A DNA stretch of 64,000 bases from Myxococcota bacterium (lineage in GTDB: Bacteria; Myxococcota_A; UBA9160; UBA4427), in the NCBI GenBank assembly GCA_045106235.1, contig JBGCEJ010000006.1, positions 43,455 to 107,454 on the forward strand. Reading direction: 5' to 3'. The notes under the pieces are model-generated. The model ran no database searches. It worked only from the letters and a program-made list of their open reading frames with translations, and was not told the DNA's origin. Positions 18,040-26,490 of this stretch are shown piece by piece (the first letter of the stretch is position 1; every line of letters begins with the position of its first letter). The position numbers and the translations under genes are program-made.

Positions 18040-19494
18040 TCAGGCGAAGCTGTCCTTGCGAATTGCGACGTTCTTGACGTCGCAGTAGAAGTCGAAGCTC
18101 CAGGTGCCGCCCTCTCGACCGATTCCCGACTCGCGAGATCCACCGAAGGGCGCGCCGAGTTCGCGGACGAAGAAGCAATTCACCCAGACCGTCCCGGCGA
18201 CTACGCGGGAGGCGATCTCCCAGGCGCGTTTTTCGTCGCGGGTGAATAGGGTCGCGGCCAGCCCGTAGCGGGTGGCGTTCGCTTCATCGATGACTTCCTG
18301 GTCGTCGTTGAAGGTCTGCCACGTGAGCACGGGGCCGAAGACTTCGCGCTGGACGACTTCCATGTCTGTACGCACGTTTTTCAACAAGGTCGGCGCGTAG
18401 AAGAGGCCGCCGCGTTCATGGGGACCGCCTCCCCAAACAGCTTCGGCGCCCGCTTCGATGGCACGCTGGACGAAGCCGTCGACTCGGTCGAAATGCTCCT
18501 GCGTAATGAGCGGTCCGACGCGTGTCGTCTTGTCGTGCGGGTCGCCCACGGTCATCGCCGAGACGGCCGTGCGGACTTTTTCCAGGAATTCCTCCTCGAT
18601 GGATGCTTGGACAAGGACCCGCGTGCCGGCGAGGCAGACCTGGCCTGCGTTCATGTACTGCATGGCCACGGTTTGGGCGGCGGCATCGAGATCGGCATCG
18701 GCGAAGACGACGAAGGGCGATTTCCCGCCGAGCTCGGAAGCGAGCGGTGTGAGCGTTTGCGAGGCAGATTGACCAATGAGTCGGGCTGTTCCGGTCGACC
18801 CAGTAAAGCTGATCCGGTCGATGTCCTCGTGCGCGACTAACGCAGCACCTGCCTCTTCGCCGATCCCCTGAACGACGTTGAGTACGCCGGCCGGCAGTCC
18901 TGCTTCCGCGGCAATCTCGGCAAGGAGCGAACAAGAGAGCGGCGCCCACTCCGGCGGCTTGATCACGATGGTGTTGCCCGCCGCGAGAGCAGGCCCCACT
19001 TTCCAGGTGGTGAGCATGAGCGGCGCGTTCCACGGGGTAATCAACGCGGCGATGCCGGCGGGGTCATACCGCACATGATTCACGACCTCGGGTGAATCGA
19101 TCTTTTCGTCGAGTAGCTTCATCGCGTGTTCGGCGAAGAACTCAATATTCTGGGCGGCGCGGGGAACCATGCGCATCTGGTTTCCCATGAGCAGCGAGCC
19201 GTTGTCCGCAGTCTCGACCGCCGCGAGTTCGGCCGCCCGCGCGCGGATGCCGTCGGCAAAGCGCTTGAGAATCGGGAGCCGGCCGGCGGCGCCGAGGGCT
19301 GCCCATTCGGGGAACGCAGCACGCGCCGCGGAAACGGCCGCCTCGACCTCTTCGGGGCCGCCGGCGGCGACGGAGGCAAGCAGCGAACCGTCGATCGGCG
19401 AGAGGACGTCGAAATGACGGGAGGAGGGGACACGCGTTCCGCCGATCCAGTGATCGGTCGAGACGCGGGTTCCGGCGATGTCGGTCTTGTTCAT
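18040..19494 (-). CDS. NAD(P)+ aldehyde dehydrogenase (hydroxymuconic-semialdehyde dehydrogenase-like)
   Basis: ELGGKSP and catalytic-Cys region NAGQVCLAGTR, FTGST motif. Confidence 0.95.
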   Translation of the reverse strand: MNKTDIAGTRVSTDHWIGGTRVPSSRHFDVLSPIDGSLLASVAAGGPEEVEAAVSAARAAFPEWAALGAAGRLPILKRFADGIRARAAELAAVETADNGSLLMGNQMRMVPRAAQNIEFFAEHAMKLLDEKIDSPEVVNHVRYDPAGIAALITPWNAPLMLTTWKVGPALAAGNTIVIKPPEWAPLSCSLLAEIAAEAGLPAGVLNVVQGIGEEAGAALVAHEDIDRISFTGSTGTARLIGQSASQTLTPLASELGGKSPFVVFADADLDAAAQTVAMQYMNAGQVCLAGTRVLVQASIEEEFLEKVRTAVSAMTVGDPHDKTTRVGPLITQEHFDRVDGFVQRAIEAGAEAVWGGGPHERGGLFYAPTLLKNVRTDMEVVQREVFGPVLTWQTFNDDQEVIDEANATRYGLAATLFTRDEKRAWEIASRVVAGTVWVNCFFVRELGAPFGGSRESGIGREGGTWSFDFYCDVKNVAIRKDSFA

Positions 19495-19539
19495 TGATCG
19501 GCTCCGTGGGCCCGGAAGATCGCGGCCCGATATTGAAGA

Positions 19540-20190
19540 TCAGTTCTCACCGGCAACACCTCGCAACTGCAATGCGAGGGATTCGCGAAGCAGGCCCAGA
19601 TGGTCGGCTGAGACGAGAGAGACATCCTCAGCAAGCCCGCTCTGCAGGAGCGAGAAGTAGAGGGCGAACAGATTCCGGGCGAGCATCCGAGAGGGGATTT
19701 GTTCCGCGACTTCACCGCGCGTCTTCGCGGCCTTGATCCGGCGCTCGGTTAGTTCGTAGATGCCGTTCATGAAGTCGTGGAGCCCTTGGCGGTTGGGCTC
19801 CCGAACGAAGGCCATTTCTTTCGCATAAACGCGGCCGAGTGCGCGGTCGCGTTCGTGGAACTCGCTCATCGCGCGGTAGACGTGAAAGACTTCGTCGAGA
19901 AGAGTCGCTCGCTTTGGGAGCGTGGCGAAGGCTTCATCACGAATACGGACCATGTCTTCCTGGAAGACGATGACCAGCAGCTCTTCTTTCGACTTCGCGT
20001 AGAGGAAGAGGGTGCCCGTCCCGATATCGGCCTCCTCCGCGATCTGGCGCGTGGTCGTGGCCTCGAATCCCTGATCCGCAAAGAGGCGTTGCGCCGCCGC
20101 ACGGATGCGACGGAGCTTGTCGTGCTTGCTGCGCTGGCGGCGTCCGACCGTTTCGGGGGGCGCCTCAGAGGTTTGAGCTTGATCATTCAT
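19540..20190 (-). CDS. TetR-family transcriptional regulator
   Basis: HTH region FEATTTRQIAEEADIGTGTLFLYAKSKEEL. Confidence 0.9.
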   Translation of the reverse strand: MNDQAQTSEAPPETVGRRQRSKHDKLRRIRAAAQRLFADQGFEATTTRQIAEEADIGTGTLFLYAKSKEELLVIVFQEDMVRIRDEAFATLPKRATLLDEVFHVYRAMSEFHERDRALGRVYAKEMAFVREPNRQGLHDFMNGIYELTERRIKAAKTRGEVAEQIPSRMLARNLFALYFSLLQSGLAEDVSLVSADHLGLLRESLALQLRGVAGEN

Positions 20191-20484
20191 GACTGTGATC
20201 AGTTTTAACGTAGGGAGGGCCGACCCGTCAAGTGAGGGGCGGCGCGATCGTCGGTCTCATGGAAAGGGTGGCGACGGGAAGCGCGCAGGGGAGGGGCTCA
20301 TTGGGCTTCTACGAAAAATGCCCGATCCCAGGGCGCGCTTTCAGGTGCGATGAGGCCGCCCGCAGCCACTTATGCGAAACGCCCGATTGTGAACCCCTTC
20401 ACAGGTGAGACTCCGCCGCTCGGTCATGCTCACGTCATCCGAAACCCCAACAGCACCCACAAGCACCCAGAAGGATCCCACCTC

Positions 20485-21747
20485 ATGCTGAATTCCGTCG
20501 ATCGCACCCAGTCTCTCGGCTCCACCATCGCCCTTGCCATCGGGGCACTCGGCCTCGCCTCTGCACCTGAAGTCGCCCAGGCAAGCGCCGGCGTGATCGA
20601 AATCAACCAAACCTGCGCCATCCAAACTGGCTGCCTACCGGGCGATACACCCGGCTTTCCCGTCGTCTTGGATGCGACCGTTTCGGCGAGCTATCGGCTG
20701 ACTTCGAACCTGATCTTCACGGACATCAACACCGACATAATCACGGCCTTTGTCGCGAGTGAAGGAAATTCGATCCCCATCACGGTTGACTTGGGCGGCT
20801 TCGACATCGTCCGACAGGACTGTCTGACTTCCTCTTGCACCACCCTGGCTGGCTTCGGCAACGGGGTAAGCCTGGGCGCTCAAAGTACGGTGCGGAACGG
20901 AGGGGTTATCGGAGTAGGCCGCACGGGTGTGGGGGTCGGAATCGGCGGCCGCGTTCAAAATGTCAGCGTCGCACGCGCCGGGCAAACCGGAATCTCCGCT
21001 GGCAGCCGGTCCATTCTGGAATCGAACACGATCAGCTCTCCGGGAGTCTCTGGAATCGACGCTGGCGAAGGCGTCATCATCCGGAGCAACACGGTCCTCG
21101 GCTCCGACGGGAACGGCATCGAAGCGGGAGGGAACGCCACGATCTCCGGAAACATCATTAGAAACTCCGATGAAGCCGGGATCGAGATTTCGGTCGGCCA
21201 TTCGCGCATCGCAGACAACAACATCTCAGAAAGTGGCGGTGCGGGGATCGTTGGCGGTCGCCATATGACTGTCGTCGGCAATACGGTCGAAGACTCAGGC
21301 TCAGCCGGCATCTCCGTCGGCGAATCCGGGAACATTTTGAATAACAACGTCGAAGATAGCGGTGGCACCGGAATCCTCGCGACTGAGAGTACGATCGTAT
21401 CCGGCAACAACGTCGATAGCTCTGGTGCGGGCGGAATCTCTGTCGGCGCGAGTGGGAAGGTCTCGAATAACGTGATCTCGTTCAGCGTGAGCCGAGGCAT
21501 CCTCGTCGGCGCGGGAAGCACGGTGGCGGGCAATACCGTGAGAGGCGGCGCAAGCGACGGCATCGCCGCGAATGCAGGTTCGATCGTCGAGCGAAACACA
21601 GTTCGAGGCGCCCTCGGCCGAGGACTCGCGCTCAGCGCAGACGTCGGGTACCGCGGAAACGTCTTGAGCTCCAACAGCACAGGAACCGTCTCAGGCGGAG
21701 TCGAGCTGGGCTCGAATCTCTGTGACGGCAGCACGACTTGCCCGTAG
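20485..21747 (+). CDS. Secreted right-handed parallel beta-helix repeat protein, paralog 1
   Basis: ATG 20485 with AAGGA RBS, then a signal peptide. EINQTCAIQTGCLPGDTPGFPV head, about 22-aa G-x-N-x-I/V repeats, and C-terminal LCDGSTTCP. Confidence 0.8.
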   Translation: MLNSVDRTQSLGSTIALAIGALGLASAPEVAQASAGVIEINQTCAIQTGCLPGDTPGFPVVLDATVSASYRLTSNLIFTDINTDIITAFVASEGNSIPITVDLGGFDIVRQDCLTSSCTTLAGFGNGVSLGAQSTVRNGGVIGVGRTGVGVGIGGRVQNVSVARAGQTGISAGSRSILESNTISSPGVSGIDAGEGVIIRSNTVLGSDGNGIEAGGNATISGNIIRNSDEAGIEISVGHSRIADNNISESGGAGIVGGRHMTVVGNTVEDSGSAGISVGESGNILNNNVEDSGGTGILATESTIVSGNNVDSSGAGGISVGASGKVSNNVISFSVSRGILVGAGSTVAGNTVRGGASDGIAANAGSIVERNTVRGALGRGLALSADVGYRGNVLSSNSTGTVSGGVELGSNLCDGSTTCP

Positions 21748-21845
21748 CGAGGATTCTGCGGGTCCCGGAAACCCTAGCCCTGCGAATACCGGACGAGCGG
21801 CGATTCGAGAACCCGCCCGGGTTGGCCTAGACTCAATCGACCTAA

Positions 21846-22538
21846 ATGCGACCCTGGACAACCGTTGATCAGGAGTATGTGCCCGACGACGAAGGCACGA
21901 TGTACCTGATGCGCCGCGGCAGCGAGTTCGTCATCGTGGCCAACGACCGCGAGCTGATGAGCAATCGCTTGCACGGCTCCGAGGATGCGCTCGCGGATCT
22001 CGCTTGCGACCGCCTAGTGGAGCTGGATGACGCCCGCATCCTGGTGGGTGGCCTGGGGATGGGCTTCACCTTGGCGGCGGTGCTTCGCCGCATTGGCCGG
22101 AGCGGGGAGGGCGTGGTGGCGGAGCTGATCCCGGCCGTGGTGCGCTGGAACGAGGAGTACGTGGGCCGCGCCGCCGGGCACCCTCTGCAGGATCCGCGCG
22201 CCCGGGTGCACGTCGGCGACGTCACGGACGTCATCGAGGACTCGAGTGCCGAGTGGAGCGCCATTCTGCTGGACATTGACAACGGCCCCACGGCGCTGAC
22301 CCGCCCTGGTAACGGCTGGCTGTACACGAAGGAGGGCCTCAGGGTCGCTTACGAGGCCTTGATCCCTGGCGGTATCCTCGGGATCTGGTCCGCCGCGAAC
22401 AGCAAATCATTCACCCGGCGTCTGCGCGCGACGGGGTTCGAAGTCGAGATGCTGGAGTACACCGAGGACGGTCGCCCCACGCCGGATGACAGCGGAACCC
22501 ATGTCTTGTGGATGGCGCGTCGCCCCCATCTCACTTGA
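21846..22538 (+). CDS. Spermidine-synthase-like class I methyltransferase-fold protein
   Basis: ILVGGLGMGFT SAM-fold glycine loop and ILLDIDNGP, as in aminopropyltransferase-like proteins. Confidence 0.65.
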   Translation: MRPWTTVDQEYVPDDEGTMYLMRRGSEFVIVANDRELMSNRLHGSEDALADLACDRLVELDDARILVGGLGMGFTLAAVLRRIGRSGEGVVAELIPAVVRWNEEYVGRAAGHPLQDPRARVHVGDVTDVIEDSSAEWSAILLDIDNGPTALTRPGNGWLYTKEGLRVAYEALIPGGILGIWSAANSKSFTRRLRATGFEVEMLEYTEDGRPTPDDSGTHVLWMARRPHLT

Positions 22539-22568
22539 ACGCCCCGCGCCTATGACTATATTCGCGCG

Positions 22569-23735
22569 GTGTTATCCGACGCGCCTGGGCGCCCCTTTTG
22601 CTATCGCTGTCACAAGCCGCAGGTCACCTGCATTTGTGACTCCATATCGCCCGTCAACAACACCACGAAGGTATGGCTGGTGCAGCATCCGCGCGAGCGC
22701 TTTCACCCGATCGGGACGGCACGCATAGCGCGGCTCGGACTGAGTAACTTCGCGCAAACCATCACCCATAGAGCGCGCGATGAGGCTCCTGAGCACCTTC
22801 CGGCAGATGCGGCGCTCTTGTTTCCGGGGGAGGGCGTGCCCACGTTGGCGGAATTGGCACCCACAGAGCGCCCCTCCACCTTGGTCGCGATCGACGGCAC
22901 CTGGCATCACGCCCGGACCGTGTTCCGCGACAATCCGTGGCTGCAAAAGTTGCCGCGCTACGGGCTCGAGCCCGCCGCGCCCAGTCGTTATCGGTTGCGC
23001 GAAGAACCTGCAGCCCACTGTCTATCCACCATCGAAGCCATCGTGCAGGCACTGTCGGTATTGGAACCCGATACCCCGAGCCTGGATGGTTTATTGCGCT
23101 CATTTGAAACCATGATCGACGAACAATTAGCGATTATTGCGCAGCGTTCCGCAGGCCACCGCACGCGAAGGTCACCCCGTAGCCGACGCGGCATTCCCCA
23201 AGCCATCCTCGATGAGCCTGAACGTGTGGTGGTGGTTTCGGGCGAATCGGCTCCGCGGGGTAATGATCCGTCTTCGCCGCGTTTCGCTTTGCAGTGGGTT
23301 GCGTCCCGAGGGTTGTTGCCAGCGGCGAGCGACGACAGCTTCGAGCAGTTCAGCTGTCCGCCGGTCGATCGATTTCCGAACGACCGTCACTGCCTGGACA
23401 TGGGGCTTTCTGAAGAGCAGTTAAAGCAATCTGGCTCGCAACAGGAGTTGAAGGAGGCTTGGTTGGAGTACACCCGAAAGGACGACATCATCGTCAGCTG
23501 GAACGACGGACCTTTGGCATTGCTCGCGCGGGCCATCGCGGAGCCTTCGCAGACCCTCCATCTGAAGAGCGCCTACTGCAGCCACAATAAAAGCAAGAGC
23601 GGCAGCTTGAGTTCGCTGGCAGCGCGGCTGGGTTTGCAGGTGCCCGAGGTCGGCGGCTCGGGACGCGCGGCGGTGGCGGTCGCGGAGTCCATCGCGGTGC
23701 TGAGGCACATGCGGTCGGCGGCGATGAGCAGCTGA
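22569..23735 (+). CDS. DTW-domain protein (tRNA-uridine aminocarboxypropyltransferase family) with about 180-aa C-terminal extension
   Basis: N-terminal Cys cluster CYRCHKPQVTCIC and DGTWHHAR (DTW) motif. GTG start, uncertain. Confidence 0.75.
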   Translation: MLSDAPGRPFCYRCHKPQVTCICDSISPVNNTTKVWLVQHPRERFHPIGTARIARLGLSNFAQTITHRARDEAPEHLPADAALLFPGEGVPTLAELAPTERPSTLVAIDGTWHHARTVFRDNPWLQKLPRYGLEPAAPSRYRLREEPAAHCLSTIEAIVQALSVLEPDTPSLDGLLRSFETMIDEQLAIIAQRSAGHRTRRSPRSRRGIPQAILDEPERVVVVSGESAPRGNDPSSPRFALQWVASRGLLPAASDDSFEQFSCPPVDRFPNDRHCLDMGLSEEQLKQSGSQQELKEAWLEYTRKDDIIVSWNDGPLALLARAIAEPSQTLHLKSAYCSHNKSKSGSLSSLAARLGLQVPEVGGSGRAAVAVAESIAVLRHMRSAAMSS

Positions 23736-23950
23736 TGATTCACCTTCTGCGCGCAGAAAACGCTTCCGCGGTTTCGCTTCGCTTGCACCCGATGCTCAGC
23801 CGTCGTTTCGACTCCTCGAGCGCGACCCAGCCAATTGCCTACTGCATAGAACTTGGTATCGATGGGCTCATTGATGGTATTCAGCTGGAGTCGCAGCGAG
23901 TTTTAGCCCGAAGTGCCGTTAGGCCGAATTAGGGTTTTGGGCTCACAGCA

Positions 23951-24370
23951 ATGAGTAGTGAATATTCTATCCGAACATCGCGGTCCGCGTATTGGACGTG
24001 CTTCGTTGTTTTTTCTCCGATGATCCTTGGGTTTATTCTCTTGGGGATCGTGAGAAAGGCAAGCTTTGAAAGCGGATTTTGGGCTGTGCCTCTCTTTTTC
24101 TCAGCTTGTCTCATCTTCTTTGTTCTCTATCTCAGTCAGGAAGTGCATGTGTCGCACGGCGGGATAGTGCAGACCCGAATCGGGCTGACAGGAAAGAAGC
24201 AGATCATCGTTTCTTTTCAAGAGCTGACGGGATGGAAGGCGGAACACCCCTATAGGTTGTTCGGGGAGTCGGGGGAGGAGGTCATGGTCATTCCGTGGAC
24301 GGCTTTCGCCAACGCGGATCAACGACGCCTCTTCGACACGCTGAATTCGTTGGGGCTTCCGGCCGTTTGA
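23951..24370 (+). CDS. Hypothetical small membrane protein (two TM helices + soluble tail)
   Basis: ATG start and two hydrophobic helices. Lies in a visibly AT-richer patch. No recognisable family. Confidence 0.45.
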   Translation: MSSEYSIRTSRSAYWTCFVVFSPMILGFILLGIVRKASFESGFWAVPLFFSACLIFFVLYLSQEVHVSHGGIVQTRIGLTGKKQIIVSFQELTGWKAEHPYRLFGESGEEVMVIPWTAFANADQRRLFDTLNSLGLPAV

Positions 24371-24585
24371 CCATTTCTCGGCTTGCCTTTGAAACCAGAG
24401 GAAGCACTTGATCGACTCCATTCGCTCTTGGAACGGCTGGGGCGGGCGCGCCGAGTAAGTCGCGTATCGGGCCTACTCGTCAGAATTTTCAGTATGAGCT
24501 CACCCCATTCCGTCCGAGATTTCTAGCCGTGCGTGGTATTGCCCGGTTTATATCGGCGTTCGAGCGTCGTGGGCGTTCGGATGGT

Positions 24586-24602
24586 CGACTTGACCTGAAG
24601 TG
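24586..24602 (+). repeat. Collapsed copy of the CGAC-TTGACCT-AAGTG motif
   Basis: CGACTTGACCTGAAGTG. A further CTTGACCT is at 24698-24705. Both lie in the intergenic region upstream of 24816. Confidence 0.4.
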
Positions 24603-24815
24603 GCCCTCAATGTTCGTGACGGACCTCTACGCGTGACAAACGTCGTATTGATCGTCGAGCTCGCTGCAAACCCCGATCCGGGGTTGACGCAGGTAAACTT
24701 GACCTCGCGAAAATATTTGGTCAGGCTTCCACCTTGATTGGAGTTGCCCGTGATTGCAGAGATCAACGGCTTCGCCGTCGGGAGGGGTCCTCGGGTGCGT
24801 GAATCGAAAAAGGGT

Positions 24816-25928
24816 ATGTCTGGTGAGGTCGACCCCCTCTCATCGGGAGAGGCATGGGCAGAGTTCTGCGACGGACTGAAGGCGGCCGGGCAAGACATCC
24901 TGCGCCCCACGGCACCGAACAGCGAGATCGATCTTGCCGAGGGCCATCGATATCTGACCCAAATCATTCGCTCGGGCTTCGAGCTCGTCTTTGAGGCGGG
25001 GAATCCCGCTGATCCCGCGCTGCGCGTGAGCCTTGGGGGTGGCCTTAAGGTTGGCTGGGATAACCCCGATAATTTGCATCATAATGCGACGCTGCGTGGT
25101 GGCTATACCTATCGTTTGAGCGGAACGCGCGGCGAGGCGCACTACTTCTCGATCGGCGTCTACGCCGGTTCGTTCGCAAAGGGCGGCAGTCGGCTGATTG
25201 CATTCGTCGATTTCGACACCCTGGACTTCGACGAAGATGGACGTTTTGAAGTCGTCCTCTCGGCGGAGGAGCATCCCGGCAATTGGATTCGACTCGAACC
25301 AGATACGACGTCGATGATGCTCCGCCAGATCTTCTGGGACCGCAGCGCAGAAAGGCCGGCGGAGCTGGAGCTCGAGCGGATCGATGGCTCTGGTCATTCG
25401 CGGCCGCTTGATGCCGCGACGACGGTTGCTGCGCTCAAACGTGTGAACGGCATGATGCGCGGGACTAATAAAGTCATGTTCGATTGGGCGGACCGCTTCC
25501 GGGAGCGGCCGAACGAATTGAGTCCGGGAGACGAAGAGAGTAACGAAAGCCTCCAGGGCATTCCCGACCAGAAGCTCGCCTGTGGATGGTGGGAAATCTC
25601 GCCCGAGCAGGCAGCCTTGATTGAGTTCCCTGTGCCGAACTGCCGCTACTGGAGCTTCGTTCTGAGCAATTATTGGGGACAGTCCTTCGACTACGAGCGA
25701 CATCCGATTCACGTGAACGACCGCAGCGCCGTGCGAAATGCCGGTGGCACGATCACGCTCGTTGTTGCACATCGCGATCCCGGTTTGCCGGGCGTGAATT
25801 GGCTCGACACTGCGGGGCACGACTCCGGAGTCTGGCAGTTTCGATGGCTTGAGTCTGAGGGCGGCGAGATCCCGGTACCTCGGGTGGTCGAGTGGGGATC
25901 AATCTCGGCGAAGAACGCAAGGGGATAG
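24816..25928 (+). CDS. DUF1214-like protein
   Basis: C-terminal YWSFVLSNYW...GGTITLVVAHRDPG...NWLDT resembles the DUF1214 signature. Start set at ATG 24816. Confidence 0.55.
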   Translation: MSGEVDPLSSGEAWAEFCDGLKAAGQDILRPTAPNSEIDLAEGHRYLTQIIRSGFELVFEAGNPADPALRVSLGGGLKVGWDNPDNLHHNATLRGGYTYRLSGTRGEAHYFSIGVYAGSFAKGGSRLIAFVDFDTLDFDEDGRFEVVLSAEEHPGNWIRLEPDTTSMMLRQIFWDRSAERPAELELERIDGSGHSRPLDAATTVAALKRVNGMMRGTNKVMFDWADRFRERPNELSPGDEESNESLQGIPDQKLACGWWEISPEQAALIEFPVPNCRYWSFVLSNYWGQSFDYERHPIHVNDRSAVRNAGGTITLVVAHRDPGLPGVNWLDTAGHDSGVWQFRWLESEGGEIPVPRVVEWGSISAKNARG

Positions 25929-26032
25929 GAAAGGCATCAACGACTCCCTGTTCTTCCTCGATATGTGCGTCGGCAAGGTTGCTCGCATAGAGGAGTATTG
26001 GGTGACCGAATCTTGGATTGAGGAGAAGAACC

Positions 26033-26428
26033 ATGCCGAAGGATCGAAAGTCGCTTGCGCACGAATTTCTGAATGTCCTCGGAAGTGGCGACGCGAAGGC
26101 CACGCTTTCCCTCATGACCTGCGACCCGAGCTGGGCGTTCTGGGGAATTGAGCGGCCGGGGACTGACGGGGTTAGGAGCATTATCGCGGCGGCGCGAAGC
26201 CTCTACAAGGAAGGTTCCAAGTCATGGATTTTCGAGGGTGAGTACGAGTCGGGAGACACCGTGATTATGCAAGCGACACTCAAGGCCACAACGTTTAAGG
26301 GCGAGGCCTACGAGAATCAGTACATATTCTTTATTCACTTCGAAGGCGATAAGGTGGCGCGCGTCCAGGAGGCGAGTGACACGGCCTACATCGAGGAAAA
26401 GTTTGCCGGCTGGTCCGAGCCACGATGA
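26033..26428 (+). CDS. NTF2/SnoaL-like fold protein
   Basis: About 130 aa with SnoaL-like pattern. GAGGAG RBS before ATG 26033. Confidence 0.65.
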   Translation: MPKDRKSLAHEFLNVLGSGDAKATLSLMTCDPSWAFWGIERPGTDGVRSIIAAARSLYKEGSKSWIFEGEYESGDTVIMQATLKATTFKGEAYENQYIFFIHFEGDKVARVQEASDTAYIEEKFAGWSEPR

Positions 26429-26490
26429 TGCGGGAAAGAGTGTAATGATCGATACAATCGGATCTATCCCCGCGAATTGGAGTTCGCCTC

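Noticed and set aside
24840-25820. 326-aa antisense ORF opposite the DUF1214-like gene
   Set aside because: No motifs and Arg-rich. The sense frame shows the family-like C-terminal signature.
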